This document shows, one piece after another, positions 53,393-64,000 of a DNA stretch of 64,000 nucleotides. The position numbers were made by a program, and so were the translations under genes. Position 1 is the stretch's first letter. The number at the start of each line of letters is the position of its first letter. The notes under the pieces were generated by a model that made no database searches, was not told the DNA's origin, and saw nothing but the letters and a program-made list of their open reading frames with translations. The stretch is from Camelus dromedarius (taxonomy: Eukaryota): assembly GCF_036321535.1 (NCBI RefSeq), contig NC_087437.1, positions 36,086,001 to 36,150,000 of the forward strand, read 5' to 3'.

Positions 53393-53600
53393 CATTCTTC
53401 ACCAATGACAGCACAAGAACTTCTTTGGGAGACTGGAAGAGGACAGATGATGGCTCTATTATGTTTAACTACTTGTCCCTATTTAGCTACTGTTCTCAGA
53501 AAGTCAGTAGTCTTGGTGGAATTGCCCATACCTCAGTAACTCCTCTTTGCCATGGCATGGATAATCCTTTGAACTTTTTGAACTTCTTTCAGAGCTTAAA
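53100..53600 (-). pseudogene. ERV env transmembrane-subunit remnant
   Basis: One minus frame with several stops reads GNSTK...GQVVKHNRAIICPLPVSQRSSCAVIGEEC(YI)nPKD...KDWLRRVL*FLIIILFLAICSL. This gives an ISD-like segment, a CX6C(C) motif and a hydrophobic anchor in the expected order. Confidence 0.7.
53345..53390. repeat. (AT)23 microsatellite
   Basis: Read directly from the sequence. Confidence 0.97.
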
Positions 53601-53699
53601 GTGAGGTAGTACTGGACCAAAAAATGGCTATCTAAAAATCTTTATTTGTGAACATGCTTAACACATTGTGAACTAATTTGTTAGATTCTTCTTCAAATA

Positions 53700-55960
53700 G
53701 AATAGACTGAGGAAAAAGACTCAAATTTAGAAATGAAAGAGGAGACAACAAAAGATGTCACAGAAATAAAATTTTTAAAAAAGCTATTAACAATTATATG
53801 CCACTGAATAACACAGAAGAAACAGATAAATTCCTAGCAACATACAACTTACCAAAGCTGAACCATAAAGAAATACACAATCTGAGCAGACCTATAACTA
53901 GAGAGGAGTTTGAAGGAGTTTAATTACTGCTCCCTCAACAAAGAAAACCTCAGGATTGTATGGATTCACTAAAGAAGTCCAACAAACGTTTAAAGAAAAA
54001 TTAATACCAATCCTCAAAATCTTCCAAAGAATCAAAGAGGACACTGCCAAACTCATTCTATGAGACAAGCATTACTCTGATACCAAAACCAGATAAAGAC
54101 AGAACAAAAAGAAAACTATAGGCCAATTTTCCTGATAAATACTGAGGCATACATTCTAAATAAAATGCTAGAAAACTGAATTCAGCAGTATATTTAAAGG
54201 ATCATATATCATGACCAGATGCAATTTATACCTAGAATGCAAGGATGGCCCAATATGTGAAAATTGATCAAGACAATATGTAACATTAGCAAAATAAAGG
54301 ACAAAAACCGTATGATCATCTCAAATGATACAGGAAAAAATTATTTGACAAAATCCAACACCCCTTCATGATAAAATCACTCAACAAACTAGGAATAGAA
54401 GGAAGTTACCTTAACCTAAGAAACCACATATGAAAAGCCCACAGCTAACATCATTATAGGGTAAGACTGAAATCTTTTCCCCTAAGATCAGGAATGAGCA
54501 ACAATCCTTACTTTTGCCACTACCATTCAACATAGTAGTGGAAGTTCTAGAAACAGCAATCAGACAAGAAAAACAAATAAGTAAAAGGCATAACAATTGG
54601 AAAAGAAGAATTAAAAGTATCTATATTCACAGAAGAAATCTTATATGTGGAAAACCCTAAAGATTGCACATACATCCACAAAAAAAAAAAAACCCCTATT
54701 AGAACTAATAACCAAATTCAGCAAAGTTACTGGATATAAAATCAATACACATAAAATCAGTTGCATTCCTATACATTAATAATGACTAATCTTAAAAGGA
54801 ACTTAGGAAAACAATCCCATTTAATATAGCACAAAAATAGTAAAATACTTAGGAATAAACCAAGGAAGTGAAAGATTTTATTTCACTGATGGAAAGATAC
54901 TGAAATCTGCCAACCATTGCTAAAAAAAAATCAAGGAAGACCAAAAAAACTGAAAACCGAAAAATGGAAAGCCAGTTCATGCTTATAGATTGGAAGACTT
55001 AAGATTTAATGCAATCCCTATCAGAATCTCATCACTTTTTGTAGAAATATTTTTTAAAAGTTCTACAGTTCATATGCAATCTCAAGTGACCCCAAATAGC
55101 CAAAACAAACTTAGGGGAAAAAAACTAGATTGAGGCCTCACACTTCCTGGTTTCCAAACATACTATTAAGCATCAGTAATTAAGATGCTGTGGTACTGGC
55201 ATAAAAAGATATGTAGACCAATGGAACAGAATACTCAGAAATGAACCCCTGCAGATATATCCCAGTGATTTTTGACAAGGTGCCAAGAATAGACAATGAA
55301 GAAACACAGTCTCTTCAACAAATGGTGTTGGGAAAACTGAATATACACATGAAAAAGAATGCAGTTGGAAACTTACCTTATACCCTATACAAAAAATTAC
55401 TCAGAATAAAGACCTAATATAAGACCTATACTATTAAAATTTTAGAAGAAAACATAGGTTAAAAGCTTTTGCAGCTTGGATTTGGCAATGATTCTTTTGA
55501 TTTGAAAGCAAAAGTAAAGGCAGCAACAACAAAAAACAGACAAATGGGACTACACAAGACTTACAAACTTCCACATATCCAAAAAAAAAAAAAATCAACA
55601 GAATGAAAAATAAACCCATAGGAGAAAATAACTGTATATTGTATATCTAAGGAGTTAATGTCAATACAGGGAACTTCTACAACCCAAAAACAATAAACAA
55701 GTAACCCAATTTAAAAATAATCTTAAAAAGGAAGGAAATCCTGTTACATGCTACATCATGAATGAATCTCAAGGACTCAAGGATAAGTAAAATAATCCAG
55801 TCACAAAAGGACAAATACTGTATGAGTTCATCTATATGAAGCATGTAAAGTAGTTAAAATTAAAGAGAAGTAGAAAGCTATTTATCAAGGGCTAGGGGAA
55901 TGGGGGATTTGGGTTTAGTAGGCAAAGGGTTTCAGTGTTGTTAAGATGATTTCTGCAGAT
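53700..55960 (+). mobile_element. L1M (L1MA/MB-like) ORF2 plus partial 3' UTR, lying inside the ERV remnant
   Basis: Continuous sense ORF2 sequence (ccaaactcattctatgagacaagcattactctgataccaaaaccag etc.) to ~55720, then a jump to the 3' UTR. No poly-A seen. Confidence 0.9.
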
Positions 55961-58100
55961 TACTGATGGTGATTTGAGTATACTGGCAATTTGTTTTTGC
56001 TATGGTGGGTAATTTGATGTAAATTCTTTGCAAGATTCCATTTCATGCCCTCTGGTATTGTCAAATCTGTCCTAAAAGCCCTAGAGATGATCATCATGTT
56101 AGGTATAATGGTATTTTCCCAAATATCTCTTTTCTGATTCAGGAGAAAATTGCTGAACCATAATGGGTTCTTTGAAACTCTCCAAAGAGCACTTTGGAGT
56201 ATTACCAGGCAAGGTCTTAGTGATTGCCGCCTATCTGGTATGAAGATCAGCAAAGGCACTTCCTGGCTGTTACTCCTTTTTGTATAAGCCTTTTACCCTT
56301 ATAAATATAGGCATTAGAGCACTTAAAAGATCTTTATTCTTTTCTCTGAGATCAAGAAATCTCATGGTCTTTGTAATATTCCAAATTATGGGATACCATA
56401 AAAGCATTTCTACTATCAGTGAATATATTATCTATTATTTCTAGATACTCAGCAAGCTGAGTAAGTGATGAGTTTTGCAACCTCAACAGAGATTTCTGTC
56501 TGGCAAGGAGACATATTCTAGGGGTGAGTTTAGATTTGTTGTATTGTGTGCTGCCTCATATTTTTTCTGTTCCTATCACAGAGTATGTTACTTCAAAATG
56601 CAAAATTTCCTAGGGGAGGAATTTTTCATAAATGTACTTGGAATGTGGACAATTGTCTGAAAGATGCTAGGGCACTTCTGAGTTTTACCTTTTGGTAGTA
56701 AAAGGAGATTTGAATGGAAATGTTTGGATACATTTCCAAACATTTAGGAATTTACCCCTCAGGTATACATCATATCCTAGGGGACCTATTTCTTTTGATA
56801 CTATTAAAGCATGAATCTGTAAGTTCTTTCTGAGCTAAAAAAGCAGGTAGATCACTGTAATCAATCTTAGAGATCACCTCATATTTAGAACACACCAAGA
56901 AGTCACTTACATACTAGGATACTGCTAGTATTTCAGTGAAATCTAAAGATCCTCAGGGTCCTTCCTTGGCTGAAGGCTTTGAAAAGTAGGACAGTGCCTC
57001 AGTAAACTCCAGAAACATAACTGTCTCAATATATTGTTGTGTTTTCCAGAAAAAGAAAATGTAAATATGTATTATCTTGTTGTAAAGGGACACCAGTGTA
57101 AAGATTACAGGCAGGGGCAGCAAAGCATTTGTGGGTTATTAGAAACAAACACTGAGGCAGAGTTTGTGTAACAGTGACAGGTGTTTAAGGTTCATATTCT
57201 ATACCTATCTCTATCAAAAATTTAGAGAGTTGTCGATTAATATTTACACAAATTTCTCCAAGATTTTTTAAAGGTAAAACAGGAAACTGGGTACCAGGTT
57301 CCCATACAGAACACCTTCATTGATCAGTTGCTTAACTTTATTTCTTCTTCAGTTTCTTAGCGAACACAGGACAATTATTTACCCATTGTTATTTTCTGCT
57401 TGCAGCTGCTGCAGGTGTCTTTTTCAAAAGGCTCTCTCCCCTGGTACATAATGACTGGATGGAAGCAGCTCACTGTTTCGTTTTTAAGGCCATTGGGCAT
57501 CAGTTCTTCTTGAGTTTTATTGTACTTTTATTCTAAGACCCTTTAAAAATGTTCAGAAAGTAGTTAAGAGATCTAGCAATAGGACTTTGTTCTCCCCATT
57601 TCAGATTTTGCTGCATTTTAACTTCTCTCTTTCTAGCTTAAGGCTAGTCACAAAACACAAAGAGAAAGATTCAACACATCTGTTTAAGGATTTACATCTG
57701 ACTATTGCATGAAAGAGTTAACCTATTCCTGAAATCATCTAAGGATTCGTCTTTCTTTGCTTGCAGGACTGTATTAAAATATAACCTACTTTCACAGGAA
57801 AGATGTTGGAGAGAATCTCCAAAAATATTATCTAGCATTTTCAGTTTTTTGAAACCATTTTAGTTCCGTATGCAAACTAGGATCTCTTAGTCAATCTTAG
57901 GATTTCCATCCTCTGCATTTGGCATCCATTATTTTCATGTGAGTTTCCAGGATTATATTCTTAAAACTATTCTAAATTCTTCTATAAATTTCTGTTTATC
58001 TTTCTAGGTTTGGGGATGTTAAAAATAGTTCTCACCTATTACAAGACAAGGGCTTAAAATAAGCTATCAGCAGCTTGCTGTATTCTAATTATGACTCAAC
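55961..58100 (-). mobile_element. Decayed ERV gag-pol (resembles the HERVL40/HERVL74/MER21-int group)
   Basis: Minus-strand manual translation with frameshifts gives gag MHR IQSCKQ..DESLDDFRNRL (~57715-57780), Zn-knuckle KDTCSSCKQK..QWVNNCP (~57365-57425), RT TQQY..TVMFLEFTEALSYFS...YVSDFLVCS (~56880-57090), RNase H GSAFADLHTR*AA (~56225-56265) and IN N-terminus LHQITHHSKNKL (ORF 55960..56259). Confidence 0.8.
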
Positions 58101-58905
58101 TTTAAAGGCAGTTAGGCATTGGGAATTCCTGGATGGTCAGCAAGGTAGGTAAATTAGTCAGATGGAAAGGTAGGGGCAGAGAGTATGGCAGTATATAGGA
58201 TAACGGAAGGGATATGGTTTAATTAAATTTATTGTTTGGGGAATGTAAAAGAGATACTTATTTTTCACATATTTTTATTTGCCTTGGTTACATAATTAAA
58301 AAATAATTTCGTGATTTGAATTTATTTGAAAGCATTCTCAATATCAGTTAAAATGCGCCCTACTGGTTAAAAAGCAGACCATGGGATGTTTGGGGTTTTG
58401 CTTCTTTTTTTTTTTCACTATAAGGTATTTTTCAAATGAATAATTTCATTTAAGTTTAGGATTGGTGAATATAGTAAGAGGTCTTGGTGAGCAATCTATT
58501 TTTTGAAAAGTGAGCAGTTTCCTTAGTTGTGTAATGTATCACCCAATAGGGCAATTGTTGCCCAGATGAGCAAACTATTTGCCTGGATAAATTGGTTTTC
58601 ACGAACTTGCTAAGGCAAATTGTAAAATTATTTATTGGTTTATGGACTTATTTTCTGGGCAATCATTACTGAAATAAACAAGTTAGATTGATTAAGATCA
58701 TCTAAGTTTTAAGTTCTAATAGTTGAGTTATATTGAAACACATGATCTCAACTTCACACAAAAGTATAAATCCTTTTTTTCCCCAGTTATAAAAGGAAGT
58801 TATTGATAGCACTGGTCTTAAATTTATTACAAATCAAAGGGAGATTCTGAAAAGTATGTGGCCCAGATCTTTTGGAAACCTTAAGTTTCATAGAAATTTT
58901 ATCTG

Positions 58906-59214
58906 TAAGCGTATGTTGGAGATATTGCAGGTTTGGTTCCAGATCACCATAGTAAAGCTAATACCTAAATAAAGACAGTCATTGAATTTTTTCTGTTTGT
59001 TTCCCAGTGCATATACAAAGTATAAATAATCTATTAAGTATGCTATAGCTTTGTGTCTAAAATATGTACATACCTCAATTGAAAAATAATGCTGCTGAAG
59101 AAACAGCATAAATTGACTTGCTCTGCACAGGGTTACTGCAGACATTCAATTTGTAAAAAATACTGTATCTGCAAAGTGCAATAAATTGAAGCACAATGAA
59201 ATGAAGTATACTTG
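58906..59214 (-). mobile_element. Internally deleted Tigger1 (TcMar) element
   Basis: Both Tigger1 termini are present: ggagatattgcaggtttggttccagatcacc on the left, and ttcaatttgtaaaaaatactgtatctgcaaagtgcaataaa...gaagtatacttg|TA on the right. Confidence 0.85.
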
Positions 59215-59233
59215 TATAAAAATGCATACATAC

Positions 59234-59435
59234 TGTGAAGTAAAGAATTTAACGTTGCCCAAAGAGAAGCCTGGCCTTTGTGCTCAGTTCCAGGGAGGCA
59301 GTCATTAACCCCTAAGAATGTCCTGCCTGATAAAAGTCTTTGTTTACTTAGGGACCATTGAAATGCCAGGTAGTCTCACAGTGTGATTTCTGGGTCATGT
59401 GGTATCAACTGGACCACTGCCACTGGTGTCACAAA
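59234..59435 (+). mobile_element. MER21-family LTR, partial
   Basis: tgtgaagtaaagaatttaacgttgcccaaagagaagcctggcctttg...gaatgtcctgcctgataa matches the MER21 5' end. Confidence 0.8.
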
Positions 59436-60264
59436 CGATGGTAGTCTTGTGGACTGTTCCATACCTTGTATATACACATACACATTCTTTCTGTATATAC
59501 TTGCCTTTCTCATTTCTGACATGTGAATCATGCTACTTTTTACATGTTACATAATACATATCTATCATACATATGTATCAGATCAGGATTATAAGTAAGG
59601 AATGCTCCAAAAATGAATCTGTGCAATTATTAGGGTTGAATGGCAGCTGGTATCTCCCTTTCTAAGTCTACTTAGAAATACAATGAGAAGAATCCTTGGT
59701 CCTCATGCTTCGTAATGTAAATAAATTTCTTCAAGGGGGAGATAAAACTAGTGCCTCCAGCTTTACAACCCAAGGAAGTCACCAGGGTCCCATGCCCCTT
59801 TGAAAATATAAATATGTGTCTCTAGAGCAGTAAATCTCTTTGGAGTTCTCACTAGCTAATCAGTCATAAATTAACTTCTAAGGCATATCATTTAGCCCCA
59901 ATCCTATGTTCTAGTAAACTTTGCTCAGAGACACTTAATTGTACAAAAACATAAAAATATTTTCTCTACAACCCTCAAATTGGTAACATCAAACTCCCCT
60001 CTAATATTTGATTAGCTTTTCTTCCATTCTGATGATTATAGGATTTAAGCTTTTGAATAGCAGTTACAAAAAGCAATGCCTAAATAGACCTTTGACAAAA
60101 CATCATTTATGAGGCAAAATGAATTCTGAATGAACTCCATTCTAAATATCTGTCTCACAGAGTGAAGATCTCAAAGAAACCAACAAGTTAATAATGAATA
60201 TTGGTGTTTCAGGCTCACTTTCCTACAAATCCACTTCTGTTGGCTTTTTAAAAATATGTTTGAA

Positions 60265-61192
60265 ATTAAACTTTTAATATTAAGGTAATTATAGACAGGC
60301 ACGAAGTTGTAAGAAATAATACAGTGAGATCTGGTGTACCCTTTACCCAGGTTACCCCAATGGTATCATCTTGTGAAACTGTAATACAGTATCACAACCA
60401 GGATATTAATGTTGATGAAGTCAAAATGCAGAACAGTTTCATCACAAGGATCCTCCATATTACTCTCTTATAACACTCAATTCCCTTCTGCCCACACACC
60501 CTCCTATTTCCTGACATGTCTGTAATACTGTCTCTTTTTCTATAATATTGTCATTTCAAGGTTATTGTATAAGTAGAATCATATAGTTGGTAGTCCTTGG
60601 GACTTGCATATTTTACTCAGCACAGTTCTCTAGATATCAACCCATATTGTTGCATATATATTCCTTTTTATTGTTGACTAGTATTCCATGGTATGGATAA
60701 ACCATAGTTTGTTTAACTGTTCACCCATTGAAGGACATTGTGTGTGTTTGATTATGACTAAAGCAACTACATACACTCGTTTACATATTGGTGTGTCTGA
60801 ATGTAAGTTTTCATTTCTCTGGGATAAATGCCTAGGGGTGCAACTCCTGGATCTTATAGTGGCTCCATGTTTAGTTTTTTGAGAAACTGTATGATTGTTT
60901 TTCAGAGTGGCTGTAATATTTTACATTCCCACCAGCAACATATGAGTGATCCAGTTTCTGTGTATCCTTGCCAGCATCTGGTGTTGTCAGTACTTATTTT
61001 AGCCATTCTGATTAGTGAGTGGTAATACATTATCGCAGTTTTAATTTGTATTTTCTTAATGGTTAATGATATTGAACATCTTTTTGGTGCTTATTTAATA
61101 TCTGTATATCCTCTTTAGTGAAATCTCTTCCTATTTTATAATTGATACGTTTTTTTAACTCTTGTTTTTTAAGATTTATATCATATATACAT

Positions 61193-61224
<32 letters not shown>

Positions 61225-63760
61225 TAGGATATGTGGTTTGAGAATATTTTTTCCTACTCTGTAGTTTGTGTTATCTTTTAACAAGGTCTTTCACAGAGTA
61301 AAAGTTCATAATTTTGATGAAGTCCAGTTTTCATTTTTTGCTTTCATGAATAATGTCATGTAAAAGAACATTTTGAGCAGCCCTAAATTCTTGAGATTCT
61401 AATTTTTTTTGCGTGGAAATTTTGTAGTTTTACATTTTACATTTCTGTCCATGATTTATTTTGAGTTATTATTTTTAAAAGAAGTGAGACATAGGTCATG
61501 GTTTTCCCCCTTTATTTTGTCTATGTATGGATATAACCTTGCTCTAGAATAATTTACTGAAAAGATTATCTTGCCTTCATTGAGTTCTGTATTTTTGTTC
61601 AAGTTATTTGAGCATATTTGTGTGGGTCTATTTCTGGACTCTTTATTCTCACAAGGTCTGTCTCTATCCCTCTGAAAACCCACACATATTTGATTACTGT
61701 AGCTATATGATAAGCCTTAAAATTGAGTGGACTGATTCCTCTCATTCTATTTGCTTTTCAAGTATTATTTTAACTATACTGGTTCTCCTGACTTTCCATA
61801 TGTATTTGGCATAATCTTGTCCATACTGCCAAAATTTCTTGCTGAGAATTTCACAGGAATTGCACTAATCATATATATCAGTTTGGGGAAGAACTGACAT
61901 CTTTACTATGAGGCCTTCACAGTATGTCTCTCCATTTATTTAGATCTTTGGTTTTTGAATCACCATTTTGTAGTTTTCAACATCCAAGTCGTATACATGT
62001 TTTGCTAAATTTCCACCTAATTTTTCTCACTTTTGAGCAATTATAAATGGTATTACATTGTTAATTTCATAATCTGTGTTGATTGCTAGTATACAAGAAT
62101 GCAACTGAGTTTTGAATGCTTATCCTGTATGCAGTGAACATACAGGGCTCTTTTATTAATTTCAGGAATTTTTGGTAAATGCATTTTGATTTTCTATGTA
62201 GATAATTATGCCATCTATAAATAGACTTTGATTTCTTCTTTCAGTCTGTATGCCACTTACTTCTTTTCTTGCCTGTTGCACTGCCTAGAACTTCCAGCAC
62301 TTTAAGAGTGATGAGAGCAGACAGCTTGCTTTGTTCCCAATATTAGGGAAAGGCATTCCATTTGTTTCTGTTAAGCACGTTAATTATAGTAGTTTTTACT
62401 TATTTTTTTGTAAATGCTGTTTATCAGTAGAAGTAGTTTCCTTCTATTCCTTTATTTCTGAGAATTTTATACCCGGATCAGTATTGGATTTTGTCAAATA
62501 CTTTCATCAATTGATACGGCCATTTAATTTTATTATATAACATGTTCATATAGTTAACATACATAGATTGATATTTCTAATATAGACTCTTGCACTCCTG
62601 AAATAAACTCCACTATTTTATGGTATAAAATTCTTTATACATATAAATGCATATAAAGTACACACACATATACATCTATACTTGAATTCAATTGGCTAAT
62701 ATTTTATAAGGATTTTTACATTTATATTATTCTGTGATTTTCTTCACTCATACCTGGTATCCTGATACAAAGATAGTACCAGGATAATACTAGCTTCATT
62801 AATGATCTTTGAAATGGCCCCTCCTCCTGTATTTTGTAGAGGAGATCATGTACTATTGGTCTTAATTCTTTCATGGTTTGACAGAATTCCTTAATGAAGA
62901 CATCTAGGCCTGAAGATTTTTTTCATTGTTGTTTTTATTGATTACAAATTTATTTTCCATAGTAAGTACAGGGTTATTTGAGTTATCTAAACATTTTGGG
63001 TGATCTGTGTTTTTACTTTTTGAGAATTAGGTCCATTTCATCTAAGTTGTCACGTTTATATGTGTAGAGTTGTTCATATTATTGCTTTAATATAATTTCT
63101 ATGTCTACAGTATCTGTTATATTGCCCTGTTTCATTCCTGAGATTCCCTTTTGTCAGTTGCTGAAGGTCTGTCGATTACATTGATCTTTTCAAAGAAACA
63201 ACTCTTCATTTTATTGTTTTTTTTCCAACTTTTTTTTCTGTTTTAAATTTCATTTGTTTCTCTACTTCCTTCCTTTTGCGTGCTTTGAGTTTCTTTTGCT
63301 CTTCATTTCCTAGGTTCTTGAGGTAGGAGCCTAGATTATTGATTTATGACGTTTCCTCTTTACTGGTGGTGTGCATTTAAGTGCCGTAACTTTCTCAACA
63401 CCTCTTGTGTTGTGACTGAGAAATTTTGATAATCTTTTCTTTTACATTTATTTCAGTGAATTTTTTTCTTTTCCATATGTCTTTGTCTTTAACCCATGGA
63501 TGATTTGGAAATGTATTGTTTAGTTTCCAAGTGTTTGGAGGCTTTCCCATTATTTTTGTGTTAACGATTTCTACTTCAGTACCATTGTGGGTGATGACCA
63601 TATCCTGTATGATTTAAATTCTTTTATATTTATTGAGATTTGTTTCAGGATATGATCTATCTTCGTGCATGTCCCATGGGAACTTGCAAGGAATTTTTAT
63701 TCTGTTGTTGGATGAGATGTTCTATAAATGTTGATTAGGTTCTGTTGGTTGATGGTATCT
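60265..63760 (-). mobile_element. Old L1 (L1MC1-like) 3' UTR and ORF2
   Basis: gttgtaagaaataatacagtgagatc...tcacaaccaggatatt 3' end. ORF2 peptides include IMGKPPNTWKLNNTFPNHPWVK. Contains a (CA)n tract at ~61193-61218. Confidence 0.9.
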
Positions 63761-63761
63761 A

Positions 63762-64000
63762 TATCAGTCTCTTACTGGTGCTGTAACAAATTACCATGGA
63801 TTCAGTGGCTTTGAGCAACAAAAATGTATTCTCTCACATGTTGGGAGAGCAGAAGTCTGAAATCAGTCCTGCTGGACTGAAACCAAGGTTTGGCAGAGTC
63901 ACACTCCTCCTGGGGGCTGTGGGGTGCAATCTGTTACTTGCCTCCCTCCTTCAGCTCCTGGTGGGTGGAGGGATTCCTTGGCTTCTGGGTGCATCACTTC
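63762..64000 (-). mobile_element. MLT1 LTR, cut by the window edge
   Basis: ctgtaacaaattacca...cagtggcttt...gaagtctgaaatcagt...gctggactgaaaccaagg. Confidence 0.8.

Noticed and set aside
53100..53600. Domesticated syncytin-like env gene
   Set aside because: Multiple in-frame stops, no SU region or signal peptide found, and a microsatellite inside the cysteine motif.
59234..59435. MER21-like LTR as the 5' LTR of the minus-strand provirus
   Set aside because: As I recall the consensus orientation, it lies on the plus strand, opposite to gag-pol-env. It is partial, and no matching LTR was found near 52.9-53.0 kb.
1..64000. A novel multi-gene system, CRISPR array, or tRNA/rRNA genes
   Set aside because: No regularly spaced repeats, no long non-transposon ORFs and no RNA-gene motifs were seen. 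The sequence is ordinary repeat-rich mammalian DNA.

Overview
This is AT-rich, CpG-depleted placental-mammal genomic DNA, either intergenic or a very large intron, and roughly half or more of it is transposon-derived. The youngest repeats are LINE-1 copies whose 3' UTRs I recall as camelid/cetartiodactyl type. They include one ~7 kb full-length but disrupted element (34430-41430, -) and several truncated or 5'-inverted copies. No Alu, B1/B2, Bov-tA, PRE-1 or Can-SINE was seen. Older repeats are L1M fragments, MIR/L2, MLT1/MLT2/LTR16/LTR33/MER21-like LTRs, Tigger-derived elements, two ERVL-type internal remnants, and a decayed minus-strand provirus that retains gag, pol and env-TM traces (~53.1-58.1 kb). 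No intact protein-coding gene, RNA gene, CRISPR array or prokaryote-type system is supported. The best leads are a ~1.2 kb apparent gene-conversion tract between two neighbouring L1s, the env-bearing ERV remnant, a 106-nt candidate coding exon (50146-50251, -), and a perfect 22-bp palindrome with a template-switch signature. Repeat subfamily names come from recall of consensus sequences, and boundaries are approximate unless a TSD is given.
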